A stretch of 32,000 nucleotides of DNA from Edaphobacter aggregans (GCF_003945235.1 NZ_RSDW01000001.1:6120001-6152000), one strand, 5' to 3'; shown: positions 15,021 to 25,250, counted from the first letter of the stretch. Program-made: numbers and translations. The notes: generated by a model not told the origin, from the letters alone.

Positions 15021-16742
15021 TTATTTGCTCAGCGGTGGGGTTTTCGGGTTGGTGTAGACGGTTTCGCCGTTGACGATGGTGCGGAGGACTTGGGTGTGCA
15101 GGAGTTCCTGTGGGGTGGCTTTGGTGATGTCGCGGTCGAGAATGACGAGGTCGGCTAGATAGCCGGGTTCGAGGCGGCCTTTGAATTTCTCGGCGTTTTG
15201 AGCGTAGGCGGAGGCTTGCGTGTAGGCGTAGAGGGCTTCGTTGAGGGTGATTTTTTCCTGGGGCTGGTAGGTTTTGGTGCCGGCTTCGTTCTGGCGGGTG
15301 ACGGCGGCGTACAGGCCGCGGAAGGGGTTGATGGATTCGACGGGGTAGTCGGTGCCGAAGGCGAGGACGACATTGTGGTCGAGGAAGGAGCGCCAGGCGT
15401 AGGAGTATTTGACGCGCTCGGGGCCCAGGCGGGCTTCGGCCCAGTTCATGTCGGTGAGGAGGTGTGAGGGCTGCATGGAGGCGATGACGTGGAGTTTTGC
15501 GAAGCGGTCGAAGGCCCCGGGGGAGACGACCTGGGCGTGCTCGATGCGGAAGCGGGGAATGACGGTCAATTGGTCGAAAACGTTGTGGGGGCTGCGAAGA
15601 GCCTGCTCGAAGGCGTCGAGGGCCATGTCGTTGGCGCGGTCGCCTATGGCATGGAAACCGAGTTGGAAACCGACCTCGGCACGTTCTTTGGCCATGGCGT
15701 TAAGCTTTGTCTGGTCGTAACGGGGGATGCCGGAATTGCCTGGGTCGTCCGAGTAGGGGGCATTGAGGGCGGCGGTGCGGGAGCCGAGGGAGCCGTCCAT
15801 GAAGCCCTTGAGCATGGTGGTGTGGAGGAAGGCATCACTCTGCGGGTGGGAGGCCTGGCGCTGCTTCAAGGTGTCAACTGGGGTGTCGAAGGCAAGCCAT
15901 TCGGCTACGCGGAGGTGGAGGTTGCCGGATTTTTCGAGGTCTTCGAGGGCCTGGAAGTCTTCCCAGTCGGAGAAGTCCTGGACGGAGGTGACGCCGTGAG
16001 CGAGAGCGTCGGCCATGGCGACTTCGAGGGCTCGGGTGCGCTCGTCGCGGGTAGGGGGCGGGACGACTTTGTAGATGAGCGCGAGAGCTGGACGTTCGCG
16101 GATGATTCCGGTGGGGTTGCCGTTGGCATCGCGGTCGATCTTTGCGCCTTCGGGATCGGGGGTGGCGGCGGTGATGTTGGCGGCCGCGAGGGCTGCCGTG
16201 TTGACGACGGCAATGTGGCCGTCGGTGCGGCCCAGGATGGCGGGATGGCCAGCGGTGACGGCGTCGATGTCTTGACGGGTGGGGAGGGTTTTTCCAGGCC
16301 AGATGGTGTGGTCCCAGCCTCCGCCTTGTAGCCATGTGCCGGGCTGGGCGGTGGTGGCGAATGTTTTGATGCGCTGCTGCATCTCGGCCAGGTTGGCTAC
16401 GTGGTCCAGGTCGATGGTGAGTTTTTGCTGGCCAGCCGACGCGATGTGCGTGTGTGCGTCGTTGAAGCCGGGCATGACGAAGGCGCCGTTTAGGTCGATG
16501 ATTTTTGTTTGCGGACCTTTGAGCTTTAGGAGGTCTGCGTCGGTGCCGGCGGCGAGGATCTTGCCGTTTGCTATGGCGATTGCGGTGACATGGGCTGGTG
16601 TGGGACTTGTGTCCTGCTGGCGCAGATGGGTGCCTGTGACGATGTTTCCGTGGATGTAGATGGTGCCGGGCGGGGTCGTTTGGGCGAGGGTGGGCGCGGC
16701 GAGGGCGAGGAGCAGGAGGGTGGTGAGAATGCGGGGGTTCAC
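15021..16742 (-). CDS. Secreted metal-dependent amidohydrolase (Amidohydro_3 / YtcJ-like)
   Basis: 573 aa with a signal peptide ([21 protein letters not shown]). Motifs [13 protein letters not shown], ...[11 protein letters not shown]... and ...AFGTDYPVE... are typical of this TIM-barrel hydrolase family. Confidence 0.88.
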   Translation of the reverse strand: MNPRILTTLLLLALAAPTLAQTTPPGTIYIHGNIVTGTHLRQQDTSPTPAHVTAIAIANGKILAAGTDADLLKLKGPQTKIIDLNGAFVMPGFNDAHTHIASAGQQKLTIDLDHVANLAEMQQRIKTFATTAQPGTWLQGGGWDHTIWPGKTLPTRQDIDAVTAGHPAILGRTDGHIAVVNTAALAAANITAATPDPEGAKIDRDANGNPTGIIRERPALALIYKVVPPPTRDERTRALEVAMADALAHGVTSVQDFSDWEDFQALEDLEKSGNLHLRVAEWLAFDTPVDTLKQRQASHPQSDAFLHTTMLKGFMDGSLGSRTAALNAPYSDDPGNSGIPRYDQTKLNAMAKERAEVGFQLGFHAIGDRANDMALDAFEQALRSPHNVFDQLTVIPRFRIEHAQVVSPGAFDRFAKLHVIASMQPSHLLTDMNWAEARLGPERVKYSYAWRSFLDHNVVLAFGTDYPVESINPFRGLYAAVTRQNEAGTKTYQPQEKITLNEALYAYTQASAYAQNAEKFKGRLEPGYLADLVILDRDITKATPQELLHTQVLRTIVNGETVYTNPKTPPLSK

Positions 16743-16842
16743 GAGGTGGAGTGTATCAAGGGATCACCATGCAAAACATGGAAATCGCGTGCCAAGGGCT
16801 TTCCGATAATCAGGGTTCGCTTTCCTCGGTCGTTCGATGAAA

Positions 16843-17745
16843 CTAGTTTTCTGAAGGCATCTCAACATGATCGATGACGAGAACCTGTACTGGTCCTTTG
16901 GTAGATTCCAGTTTCAGGCCGAGTTGTTCCTGAATCGCGGTGAAGATTGACGATCCGGAATCGGACGATGCGGCAGTGACCTCTCTGCCGTTGTCCAGGG
17001 GAGTTGTGCCGGTATCTGGTGTCCACTTGAGAGTGACGTTATATCTTCCGTCAATTCCGGTCTTATCGATGACGACGCGGCCCAGCTCCTGCGACAACTC
17101 CTGTGTCAATGCCTGGGCCATTTCCTGCAGGGTAACGCCTTGTGCTGTGAACTGGCCGGTGCTTGCGGATGTATTGGAACCTCCATCAGAGTCCTTCGAT
17201 TTTTGAAGACTGGGACCTTTCTTTGCTACGACCAGGGCGTAGACCGGAAGGTCTCTTGTCTCCCAATGAATCGTTAGTTTGAAGCGGTCTGCCAAGAGCT
17301 GTTGAAACATCCCTTGCATCTGAAGTTTGCGCTGGACACGGCTAAGCGTTCGCAATTGATCGGCGGTCGAGCTATCTATCTTTGCCTCGATGTCGAATCT
17401 TTCGGCATTGAGCCACTTCGGGCCGCCCAGAATACGAGGCTCTGGGACTCCGTAGGCCGAATACTGGATGAGATTTTTCAACAAGATGTTAGAGGCAGTG
17501 AAACGTCCATTTTCAAATTTGGAATGGGAGCTTGAGCTGCCGGACTTGTTCGGTTTTACGATAGTCACTTCGAAGGCCAGAGGTGTGGCAACTACAGGAG
17601 CGGCCGCAAGTGCTAGCGCGGTCGCGGCGGATGCTGAAGTCTGGGCGAACGATACGATGGGGAGAGATGCAGTTATGGCCAACAACAGCTTTATGATGGA
17701 AGGCGTTTTTCGGTTCATACGCTCGATCAACTTGGAGGCACCCAT
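16843..17745 (-). CDS. TIGR03435-family ('soil-associated') uncharacterised secreted protein
   Basis: 300 aa with a signal peptide. The motif AFEV(T)IVKPN...F.A.N..LK.LI..AYGV....I.GGP.WL...RFDIEAK matches what I recall of the acidobacterial TIGR03435 family. One hand-counted 60-nt line is ~53% GC, below the flanks. An alternative start lies at 17718. Confidence 0.7.
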   Translation of the reverse strand: MGASKLIERMNRKTPSIIKLLLAITASLPIVSFAQTSASAATALALAAAPVVATPLAFEVTIVKPNKSGSSSSHSKFENGRFTASNILLKNLIQYSAYGVPEPRILGGPKWLNAERFDIEAKIDSSTADQLRTLSRVQRKLQMQGMFQQLLADRFKLTIHWETRDLPVYALVVAKKGPSLQKSKDSDGGSNTSASTGQFTAQGVTLQEMAQALTQELSQELGRVVIDKTGIDGRYNVTLKWTPDTGTTPLDNGREVTAASSDSGSSIFTAIQEQLGLKLESTKGPVQVLVIDHVEMPSEN

Positions 17746-17753
17746 AACTTCTT

Positions 17754-19037
17754 TTATACGTGTTCTTCACGGGGTAGGGAGACGGATTGTGCGGTGAGGT
17801 GGGTGGTGTCTAGGAGGGCTAAGAGGATGCGGCGGAGGGCGGTTTCGCGGCCGGTGGGGTCGTACCATTCCTGGAGGGTGTGGATGCCTCCGCCGGTGCC
17901 TCCGGTGCCTATGGCTATGGCTGGAATGCCTCGGGAGAGGGGGATGTTGGCGTCGGTGGAGCCTAGACGGAGTTCGGTGCGGAGGGCCAGGTGGCGGTCT
18001 ACGGCGCGGACGGTTTGGAGGATGGGGGAGTCGTCGGGGAGGGCGGCGGCGGGGCGATTTCCTATGATTTCGATGAGGAGTTTTGGTGGACAGTTGGTGG
18101 TCTTTCGGTGGGCAAGGCTGGTTAGCAGATCGTCGAAGATTTGGTGGATCGTCGTGGCGGTGGAGAGGAGTTGGACGGGGTCGGTGGAGCGGAGGTCGAG
18201 GAGGGCGGTGGCGGTCTCGGGGATGGAGTTGATGGAGGTGCCACCGGAGATGTGGCCGACGTTGATGGTGGTGGCGGGGTTGGTGGGGAGTTCGAGGTCG
18301 GCGATGGTGGTGAGGGCTCGGCTGAGGATGAGGATGGGGTTAGGTGTGCCGGAGTCGGTCCAGGAGTGGCCACCGGGGCCGGTGATGGTGACGCGGAAGC
18401 GGAGGCTGCCGAGGGCTCGGGTGACGACGGCGGTGGTCCCGCTGCCTTCGAGGGCGATGGCGGCAGCGATGCGGCGGCTATAGGTGCCGCGTTCGAAGAG
18501 GTGGCGCATGCCTCGGAGGTCACCTTCGCCTTCTTCGCCTACATTGGCGGCGAAGAGGATGGGGATAGGCGGGGTAATGTGCGCGTAGCGGAGTGCGGCG
18601 GCGATTCCCAGGAGGGCGGAGAGGCCGGCGCCGTTGTCGCAGATGCCGGGAGCGTAGATGCGTGCGGCGTCTTCGAGTTCTACGGGGTTGCAGTCGGTTC
18701 CGGCAGGGAAGACGGTGTCGAGATGTGCCGAGATGAGGACACAGGGGGGAGGGGATAGCGGGTAGGGTGTAGAGGACGGATCGGGGGATAGTTCGGCTAG
18801 GACGTTTCCTGCGTCGTCGATGTGGATGTTGGTGAGGCCGAGGGCGTGGAAGCGGTCGAAGAACCAGGCGGCGCGAGCGGTTTCGCCGAAGGGGGGGGCG
18901 GGGATTCGCACGAGCTCTAGCTGCCAGCGGCGAAGTTGCGGCTGATGAAGATGCAGCCAATGGAAGGCGCGGTGGACTGCGGTGAGGGTCGCTAATCGCG
19001 CGATGCGCCGTTGGGCCGAGGCTACGGTGGTGGGCAT
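17754..19037 (-). CDS. M20-family metallopeptidase (ArgE/DapE/PepT-like)
   Basis: 427 aa. Metal-binding-type motifs are present: ISAHLDTVFP, GICDNGAGLSALLGIAAAL and ANVGEEGEGDLRG. The start overlaps the truA stop by 1 nt (TGATG). Confidence 0.85.
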   Translation of the reverse strand: MPTTVASAQRRIARLATLTAVHRAFHWLHLHQPQLRRWQLELVRIPAPPFGETARAAWFFDRFHALGLTNIHIDDAGNVLAELSPDPSSTPYPLSPPPCVLISAHLDTVFPAGTDCNPVELEDAARIYAPGICDNGAGLSALLGIAAALRYAHITPPIPILFAANVGEEGEGDLRGMRHLFERGTYSRRIAAAIALEGSGTTAVVTRALGSLRFRVTITGPGGHSWTDSGTPNPILILSRALTTIADLELPTNPATTINVGHISGGTSINSIPETATALLDLRSTDPVQLLSTATTIHQIFDDLLTSLAHRKTTNCPPKLLIEIIGNRPAAALPDDSPILQTVRAVDRHLALRTELRLGSTDANIPLSRGIPAIAIGTGGTGGGIHTLQEWYDPTGRETALRRILLALLDTTHLTAQSVSLPREEHV

Positions 19038-19840
19038 CAGTACTCGACCTCTACGAGGAAGAGGCCGCGGGCTGGCGCGGTGGGACCGGCGGCGGCGCGG
19101 TTCTGAGCGAGGAGGATCACCGGAATGGAGTTGGCGGAGATGCGGCCTCGGCCTGCTTCAACGAAGGTTCCTACGAGGTTGCGGACCATGTGGTGGAGGA
19201 AGCCTGAGCCGGTGACTCGGTAGATGAAGAGATCGTTGTCGCTGCGCCAGGAGGATTCGAAGATGGTGCGGGTGGAGCAGGGAGTAGGGAGTAGGGAATA
19301 GGGAATAGAAGGCGGGTCTGGGGATTCGACGGACTGTGCTTCGCGGGCGGTTAGATCGGGGTCGGCGGCGGCGAAGGAGGTGAAGTCGTGGGTGCCAAGG
19401 ACGTAGGCTGCGGCTTGCTGGAGTGTGGCGAGGTCGAGGGGCCAAGGGCAGTCCCATACGTAGGGAGCGAGCATGGGGGAGCAGATGGGGGTGGTGGCGA
19501 TGCGGTACTCATAGGTTTTGCGGAGGGCGCTGTGGCGGGCGTGGAAGTCTTCGGGTGCCTGCTCGACGGAGAGGATGCGGATGCTGGATGGGAGGGCTCG
19601 ATTGAGGGCTTTGTGGAGATTGGGTGCGGGGATGGGTGCTGCGAGCGAGAAGGAGGCTACCTGGGCGAGGGCGTGGACGCCTGCGTCGGTGCGGCCGGAG
19701 CCCTGGGGTAGAACGGTCTCTCCGGTAATGTGATGGATGGCCTGAGCGAGAGTGCCTTGCACCGTGGGGAGATTGGGCTGGATCTGCCATCCGTTGAACG
19801 GTGTTCCGTCGTAAGTGAGGATTGTTTTCCAACGTGTCAT
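19037..19840 (-). CDS. truA: tRNA pseudouridine(38-40) synthase TruA
   Basis: From the internal ATG at 19840 it reads MTRWKTILTYDGTPFNGWQIQPNLPTVQGTL...GSGRTDAGVHALAQVASF (catalytic RTDAGVHA motif). The 68 extra upstream codons of the track ORF have no TruA counterpart. Confidence 0.92.
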   Translation of the reverse strand: MTRWKTILTYDGTPFNGWQIQPNLPTVQGTLAQAIHHITGETVLPQGSGRTDAGVHALAQVASFSLAAPIPAPNLHKALNRALPSSIRILSVEQAPEDFHARHSALRKTYEYRIATTPICSPMLAPYVWDCPWPLDLATLQQAAAYVLGTHDFTSFAAADPDLTAREAQSVESPDPPSIPYSLLPTPCSTRTIFESSWRSDNDLFIYRVTGSGFLHHMVRNLVGTFVEAGRGRISANSIPVILLAQNRAAAGPTAPARGLFLVEVEY

Positions 19841-20245
19841 GCGATGTTCGGACGGTATCACGGAGAAGGATGGTTTTGGCTGGGATGGGGTGACTGTGCA
19901 ATTACTGGTGAAGTATATCGCTGACGGGCTGAAGAGTAAGGGCTGGGGGTTGATATACTTAGCCAGCTGCAATCGGGAAAAATTTGATGGAGTCCATGGG
20001 AACGAAGCGGTGCTCGTGTGCGTATGAGTGCCTAGCCGCAACATCCTGCAGGGTAGGGTGCCAAGGCCGGTAACTTTCTTTAAGAGTCCTCTGGAACCTG
20101 TTGCGCGTCTTAGAAGGAACCGAAAATTTAGTGTGTCCGTAGTTAGCCTGCAAATGTTGTGCTGGTTTCGGGCAAGACAAGAATCCGGTGAATGCCGGTG
20201 AAGAATCAGGGAAGAGTTGGAGAGCGCATCGTGAGATTAAGGGAT

Positions 20246-22360
20246 ATGCAGGCAGCTGCGAGCATCGCATTGCTGCTAATGAGCGTTAGCACGCAGCCGG
20301 GAATGGCGCAGCAGACAACCCCACAGACACAGACGAGCCCAACGGCACCTGCTCCCCCACAGGCTGTGGCGACCGATACGACGGGGACGCCCGGGCTGCC
20401 ACAGGCTCCGGCGCCGACGCCGACCCAGCCGCTGTTCCTGCGTGACACGCCCATCGATTACACGCAGCCCAAGAGCCACTTCTGGAATCCGATCGCTCCT
20501 TACACGGCGACCGATGTGCCGGCGCCGATGCTGCAGAATACACCCCGGCTGGATTCTCTTTTGAGAGACGGGAAGATCTATCTGAGTTTGTCGGATGCGG
20601 TGACGCTGGCGCTCGAGAATAACTACGACATCGCGATTGCGCGCATCAATCTGGACATTGCTGATACAGATATTTTGCGGACCAGGGCTGGCGGAACGAT
20701 TCGCGGTGTATCGACGGGACTGGTGACCAATACGATTGGCGGCACGACCCAGACGATCACATCCGGCGGCGGACCAGGCGGAACGTCGAGTGGAGCGGGC
20801 GGTGGCGCATCGGGTGCGTCGGGCATCGTTTTGAGTACAAACGGCGGCGGACCGCTTCCTGAGAGCCTGGATCCGATTCTGACTGGAACCTTGCAGTATG
20901 AGGCAGCGAATACTCCGCAGTCTACGACCTTCATTACCGGTACGAACACGCTGAACCAGAACACGGGAACGTATAACTTTGGCTATCAGCAGGGTTTTCT
21001 GACTGGAACGTTGTTCAACGTTACGTTCAACAACAGTCGGACGACGACGAACAGCTTCCGATCGAACTACAGCCCGCAGCTGAACACGATCTTTCAGGCC
21101 AAGGTATCGCAGCATCTGCTTCAGGGATTTGGCCTTGCTCTTAACAGAAGACTGATTGTGCAGGCGAAGAATAACCGGCAGATTACGGATTCGTCGTTCC
21201 GTCAGCAGCTTCTATTTACTGTGACCCAGGTGGAGAGCATCTACTGGGGCCTGGTGAGCGCTTATGAAGATGAACAGGCGAAGGAGCGGGCACTGACGCA
21301 ATCGACACAGTTGTCCGCCGACAACCGCAAGCAGTTGGAGATTGGAACACTGGCACCGCTGGATGTCGTGAACTCCGACAGTGCGGTGGCGACCGACAAG
21401 CAGGCATTGGTGGCCTCGCAGACGAACCTCGAGTATCAGCAGTTGCTGATGAAGCAGGCGATCGCGCGGAACCTGAACGATCCGCAACTCTCGAACGCTC
21501 CGGTCATTCCGACCGACCGTGTGGCACTCAATCGGCTTCCGGAAGAAGACTTGCCTGTGGAAGACCTGGTGAAGCAGGCTTATTCGAACAATCCGCAGAT
21601 CGAACAGGCCGTGCTGAACATGAGCAACAATCAGATCACGATCAAGGCCTTCAAAAACGGTTTGTTGCCGACTGTGGATGCGTACGCGTTCTATGGTGGT
21701 TCGGGTCTGGGCGGCGCGCAAAATCCGGCACTGCAGTGCACGGATTCAACCGGTACGTCGATTATTCCTTGCCCTCCGAATGTTGTTCAACACACCGGCT
21801 ATGGAGATGTGTTCACGAATGCATTCAACAACTCATTTCCGGACAAGGGCGTTGGTGTGAGCATCAATATTCCGCTGCGGAACCGGGTTGCGCAGGCCGA
21901 TCAGGCGCGGTCGCAGATGGAGTACCGGCAGTCGCAGATGCGGTTGCAGCAGCTTTATACGCAGATTCGGATTCAGGTCATCAACGGGCAGTTTGCACTG
22001 ACCAACGACCGGGCGCAGGTGCAGGCAGCTCAGGCGGCTCGCGACTTTGCGGCGCAGAGCCTGGATGCGGAAGAGAAGAAGTACAAGCTGGGAGCTTCAA
22101 CAACAGCGCTGGTGCTGCAGCAACAGAGGAATCTGGCGGCGGCGGACAATAACCTGATCTCGGCTACGGCAGCTTATGCGAAGGACCGGGTTGCGCTGGG
22201 CCAGTTGCTGTCGAACATCCTGGATAAATATGGGATCGACATCAAGCAGGCTGCAACTGGGAACATCACGCAGTCAGCGGTGGTTCCTGGTCTGACGACA
22301 CCGAAGGCCCCGGAGGCTCCGAAGCCGCTGTCTTCGACGCCTACGCCTCCTCAGCAGTAA
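20246..22360 (+). CDS. TolC-family outer-membrane efflux protein (orphan: no adjacent MFP or pump)
   Basis: The track ORF starts at 20192, but ATG 20246 gives a signal peptide (MQAAASIALLLMSVSTQPGMAQ). Two OEP repeats are present (LSLSDAVTLALENNYDIAIARINLDIA... and ...DLVKQAYSNNPQIEQAVLNM...), along with a Pro/Thr-rich N-terminal linker. Confidence 0.88.
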   Translation: MQAAASIALLLMSVSTQPGMAQQTTPQTQTSPTAPAPPQAVATDTTGTPGLPQAPAPTPTQPLFLRDTPIDYTQPKSHFWNPIAPYTATDVPAPMLQNTPRLDSLLRDGKIYLSLSDAVTLALENNYDIAIARINLDIADTDILRTRAGGTIRGVSTGLVTNTIGGTTQTITSGGGPGGTSSGAGGGASGASGIVLSTNGGGPLPESLDPILTGTLQYEAANTPQSTTFITGTNTLNQNTGTYNFGYQQGFLTGTLFNVTFNNSRTTTNSFRSNYSPQLNTIFQAKVSQHLLQGFGLALNRRLIVQAKNNRQITDSSFRQQLLFTVTQVESIYWGLVSAYEDEQAKERALTQSTQLSADNRKQLEIGTLAPLDVVNSDSAVATDKQALVASQTNLEYQQLLMKQAIARNLNDPQLSNAPVIPTDRVALNRLPEEDLPVEDLVKQAYSNNPQIEQAVLNMSNNQITIKAFKNGLLPTVDAYAFYGGSGLGGAQNPALQCTDSTGTSIIPCPPNVVQHTGYGDVFTNAFNNSFPDKGVGVSINIPLRNRVAQADQARSQMEYRQSQMRLQQLYTQIRIQVINGQFALTNDRAQVQAAQAARDFAAQSLDAEEKKYKLGASTTALVLQQQRNLAAADNNLISATAAYAKDRVALGQLLSNILDKYGIDIKQAATGNITQSAVVPGLTTPKAPEAPKPLSSTPTPPQQ

Positions 22361-22377
22361 GCGGGTGGATGATGAAG

Positions 22378-22412
22378 AGGGTCCGGGCTTTGGCTCGGGC
22401 CCTTTTCTTTTT
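22378..22412 (+). terminator. Rho-independent terminator after the TolC-family gene
   Basis: AGGGTCCGGGC (22378-22388) pairs with GCTCGGGCCCT (22393-22403): 11 bp including two G-U pairs, with a 4-nt loop. It runs directly into TTTTCTTTTT. Confidence 0.8.
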
Positions 22413-22519
22413 GGGAACAGGGATTAGGGATCAGGGAACATTGGGCAACGGTAATTGCACAAGGGGTATGGGTGGATGGGATCGGTGGAAATGGGTGGTC
22501 GGCAAGTGAACTAAACTGA

Positions 22520-24685
22520 ATGTCTATGGCTACAGAGCGGGTTGTGAGTGAAGAACAGGGTAGCGAGCATTTGAATGCGCTGGCGAAGGCGGCTTCGGCG
22601 TATCTGCGGTCAGCGAAGCATCAGCCGGTGGAGTGGCAGCAGTGGGGTGAAGAGGCGTTTGCCCAGGCGGAGGCGGAGGATAAGCCGATCCTGCTGGATA
22701 TCGGCGCGGTGTGGTGTCACTGGTGCCACGTGATGGATCGCGAGTCGTATGAGGATGCAGAGACGGCGAAGGTGATCAACGACCACTTTGTTGCGGTGAA
22801 GGTGGATCGGGACGAGCGGCCGGATGTGGATACGCGGTATCAGGCGGCGGTGTCGGCGATCAGTGGGCAGGGCGGTTGGCCTTTGACGGCTTTTTTGACA
22901 CCGGATGGGAAGCCTTTCTTTGGGGGGACTTATTTCCCGCCGGAGGATCGGCATGGGCGGCCTAGCTTTCGGCGAGTGCTGCTGACGATGGCCGAGGCTT
23001 TTCAGGATCGGCGGAGCGAGGTGGATGAGTCGGCCGGTAGCGTGATGCGGGCGATTGAACATAATGAGTCGTTCATGGGGAGGAGCGGGAATCCGGGGCC
23101 GGAGCTGGTGGCTAAGCTGGTGTCGTCGGCGCTGAAGCAGTTTGATGCGCGGTCGGGCGGGTTTGGGTCGCAGCCGAAGTTTCCGCATTCGGGGGCGATT
23201 GATCTGCTGCTGGATTCGGCTTCGCGGGTGTCGAGTGGTGCGGGAGCGGAGTCGGCGAAGACGGCGGCGATGGTGACCCTGCAGAAGATGTCCAGGGGCG
23301 GGATCTATGATCATCTGGCTGGTGGGTTTCATCGGTATTCGGTGGATGACCGCTGGGTGGTGCCCCACTTCGAGAAGATGTCGTACGACAACAGCGAGTT
23401 GCTGAAGAACTATGTCCATGCCTTCCAGACGTTTGTAGATCCGGAGTGTGCACGGGTGGCTCGCGAGATGATTCAGTGGATCGATGAATGGTTGAGTGAT
23501 CGAGAGCGTGGCGGGTTCTATGCTTCGCAGGATGCAGACTACTCGCTGGATGATGACGGGGACTACTTTACGTGGACGCGGGATGAGGCGGCGGAGGTTT
23601 TGACCGGCGAGGAGTTGGCGGTCGCGAGTGCTTATTACGACATCGGTGAGATTGGGGACATGCATCACAATCCGGCGAAGAATGTGCTGCATGTGCGGGG
23701 AACGCTGGAGGGCGTTGCGAAGTCGAACGGGATCTCGCTGGATGAAGCGAAAGGCCTGCTGGCTTCGGCAAAGGCGAAGTTGTATGCGGCGCGGCTTAAG
23801 CGGCCTACTCCTTATGTAGACAAGACGATTTATGTGGCGTGGAACGGGATGATGATCTCGGCTTATCTGGAGGCGGGACGGGTGCTGGATATGCCGGAGG
23901 TTCGAGCGTTTGCGCTGAAGTCTCTGGATCGCGTGCTTGAGGGTGCGTGGCACGCTTCGACCGGAATGGCGCATGTGGTTGCGTATGGCGAGACTGGTGT
24001 TGCGGGTGCGCGGGTGGCGGGCGTGCTTGATGACTATGTGGCGCTCGGTCATGCAGCGCTGGATGCGTGGGAAGCGACCGGGGAGATGCGGTATTACACG
24101 GTCGCTGAAGAGATTGCGCAGAGTGCAGTGGCTCGGTTCTACGATCCGGTGGGACTGGGGTTCTTCGATACCGATGCCCCAGCAGATGGTGAGCAGAGAC
24201 TGGGTGCGCTGACGGCGAGGAGGAAGCCGCTGCAGGATTCGCCTACGCCGGCTGGGAATTCGGTTGCGGCGGCTTTGCTGTTGCGGCTTGAGGCTTTGAA
24301 TGGGCGCGAGGACTATGCGGTGAAGGCGCTTGAGACGCTGGAGACGTTCGCTGGCGTGGTGGAGCACTTTGGGCTATATGCGGCGAGTTATGGGCTGGCG
24401 TTGCAGCGGATGGTGCAGCGGTCGGTGCAGGTTTGTGTGATTGGAGACGATGCGGCAGCGCGGCGGCTGGAGACTGTGGCGTTGGCGCGGTATGCGGTCA
24501 ACAAGAGCGTAATTCGTCTGCGGCGGGACCAGATGGGAGCGCTACCGCCGATGCTGGCTGAGACGCTGCCTCACCTACCGGGGCTGCAGGAGGGGAGTGT
24601 GGCGGTCGTTTGCAGTAGCAAGGGATGTTTGCCGCCGGTGCGGACCGCCGATGAGTTGATTGAGGCTATGAATCAGTCGTTGTAA
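22520..24685 (+). CDS. Thioredoxin-domain protein of the YyaL/DUF255 family (N-terminal thioredoxin fold plus alpha/alpha-toroid)
   Basis: 721 aa. The segment KPILLDIGAVWCHWCHVMDRESYED...VAVKVDRDERPDVD is the DUF255 thioredoxin-like signature. The long C-terminal region matches YyaL length. Confidence 0.88.
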   Translation: MSMATERVVSEEQGSEHLNALAKAASAYLRSAKHQPVEWQQWGEEAFAQAEAEDKPILLDIGAVWCHWCHVMDRESYEDAETAKVINDHFVAVKVDRDERPDVDTRYQAAVSAISGQGGWPLTAFLTPDGKPFFGGTYFPPEDRHGRPSFRRVLLTMAEAFQDRRSEVDESAGSVMRAIEHNESFMGRSGNPGPELVAKLVSSALKQFDARSGGFGSQPKFPHSGAIDLLLDSASRVSSGAGAESAKTAAMVTLQKMSRGGIYDHLAGGFHRYSVDDRWVVPHFEKMSYDNSELLKNYVHAFQTFVDPECARVAREMIQWIDEWLSDRERGGFYASQDADYSLDDDGDYFTWTRDEAAEVLTGEELAVASAYYDIGEIGDMHHNPAKNVLHVRGTLEGVAKSNGISLDEAKGLLASAKAKLYAARLKRPTPYVDKTIYVAWNGMMISAYLEAGRVLDMPEVRAFALKSLDRVLEGAWHASTGMAHVVAYGETGVAGARVAGVLDDYVALGHAALDAWEATGEMRYYTVAEEIAQSAVARFYDPVGLGFFDTDAPADGEQRLGALTARRKPLQDSPTPAGNSVAAALLLRLEALNGREDYAVKALETLETFAGVVEHFGLYAASYGLALQRMVQRSVQVCVIGDDAAARRLETVALARYAVNKSVIRLRRDQMGALPPMLAETLPHLPGLQEGSVAVVCSSKGCLPPVRTADELIEAMNQSL

Positions 24686-24690
24686 GGCTG

Positions 24691-25245
24691 GTGCAAATGC
24701 TACGAGTGAATTCCAACCTGGTGGTTATCACGGGAGGACCCGGAACAGGGAAGACGACGGTCCTCCAAGAGTTGGAACGGCGAGGTTTTGCCTGTGTCGC
24801 GGAGGTGGCGCGACAAATCATTCTGGAGCAGGTGCATGCCAGAGGCGACGCGCTTCCGTGGGCGAACACGGAACGGTATTGCGAGTTGATGCTGAAGCGC
24901 TCCGTTGATTCGTTTCTGAAACATGATCCTGCGTATGCGATCACGTTTTGCGATCGAGGAATTCCGGACACGCTTTGTTATGCGCGTTTGATCCGGTCTC
25001 CGCGGGAGAGTGAGATTCTGGAGGCCTGCCGGGTAAACAGATATGCCAGCAGGGTGTTTCTGGCTCCGCCATGGCGGGAGATTTACGAGACCGATGCAGA
25101 ACGTAAACAGACCTATGAGGACGCCGTGCGGACATACGAGCAGATGAAGCTGGCTTATCAGGATTGCGGCTATGAGTTAGGCGAGATTCCCCGGCTTGAT
25201 ACTGCGAGTCGCGCTGACTTCATTCTGGATCATTTGCCTGGATGA
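24691..25245 (+). CDS. Small AAA_28/NadR-kinase-like P-loop ATPase
   Basis: 184 aa with a Walker A motif (VVITGGPGTGKTTVLQEL). It starts 5 nt after the YyaL-like gene (GTG 24691 or ATG 24697). Confidence 0.78.
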   Translation: MQMLRVNSNLVVITGGPGTGKTTVLQELERRGFACVAEVARQIILEQVHARGDALPWANTERYCELMLKRSVDSFLKHDPAYAITFCDRGIPDTLCYARLIRSPRESEILEACRVNRYASRVFLAPPWREIYETDAERKQTYEDAVRTYEQMKLAYQDCGYELGEIPRLDTASRADFILDHLPG

Positions 25246-25250
25246 GATGG

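Noticed and set aside
18891-18898. G8 run (C8 on the coding strand) inside the M20 peptidase gene
   Set aside because: It lies in-frame (C8 on the coding strand, within the ...APPFGE... stretch) inside an intact, conserved-looking CDS. It is shorter than the fliA tract, and nothing in its context suggests regulation. I only note it as a potential sequencing-error hotspot.
19841-20044. 68-codon upstream extension of truA in the track ORF
   Set aside because: TruA homology starts at MTRWKTILTYDG (ATG 19840). The extension has no TruA counterpart and lies in the divergent promoter region shared with the TolC-family gene.
22442-22459. TGGGCAACGGTAATTGCA upstream of the YyaL-like gene, sigma-54-like
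   Set aside because: The GG-to-GC spacing is 11 nt, one more than the consensus allows. The -24 element is GGGCAA rather than TGGCAC. That is not enough to call a promoter.
25246-25250. Only 5 nt between the convergent stops of the AAA ATPase and MscS genes, with no terminator
   Set aside because: Tight convergent junctions are common in compact genomes. No structure or repeat is visible, so there is nothing to interpret beyond possible transcriptional read-through.
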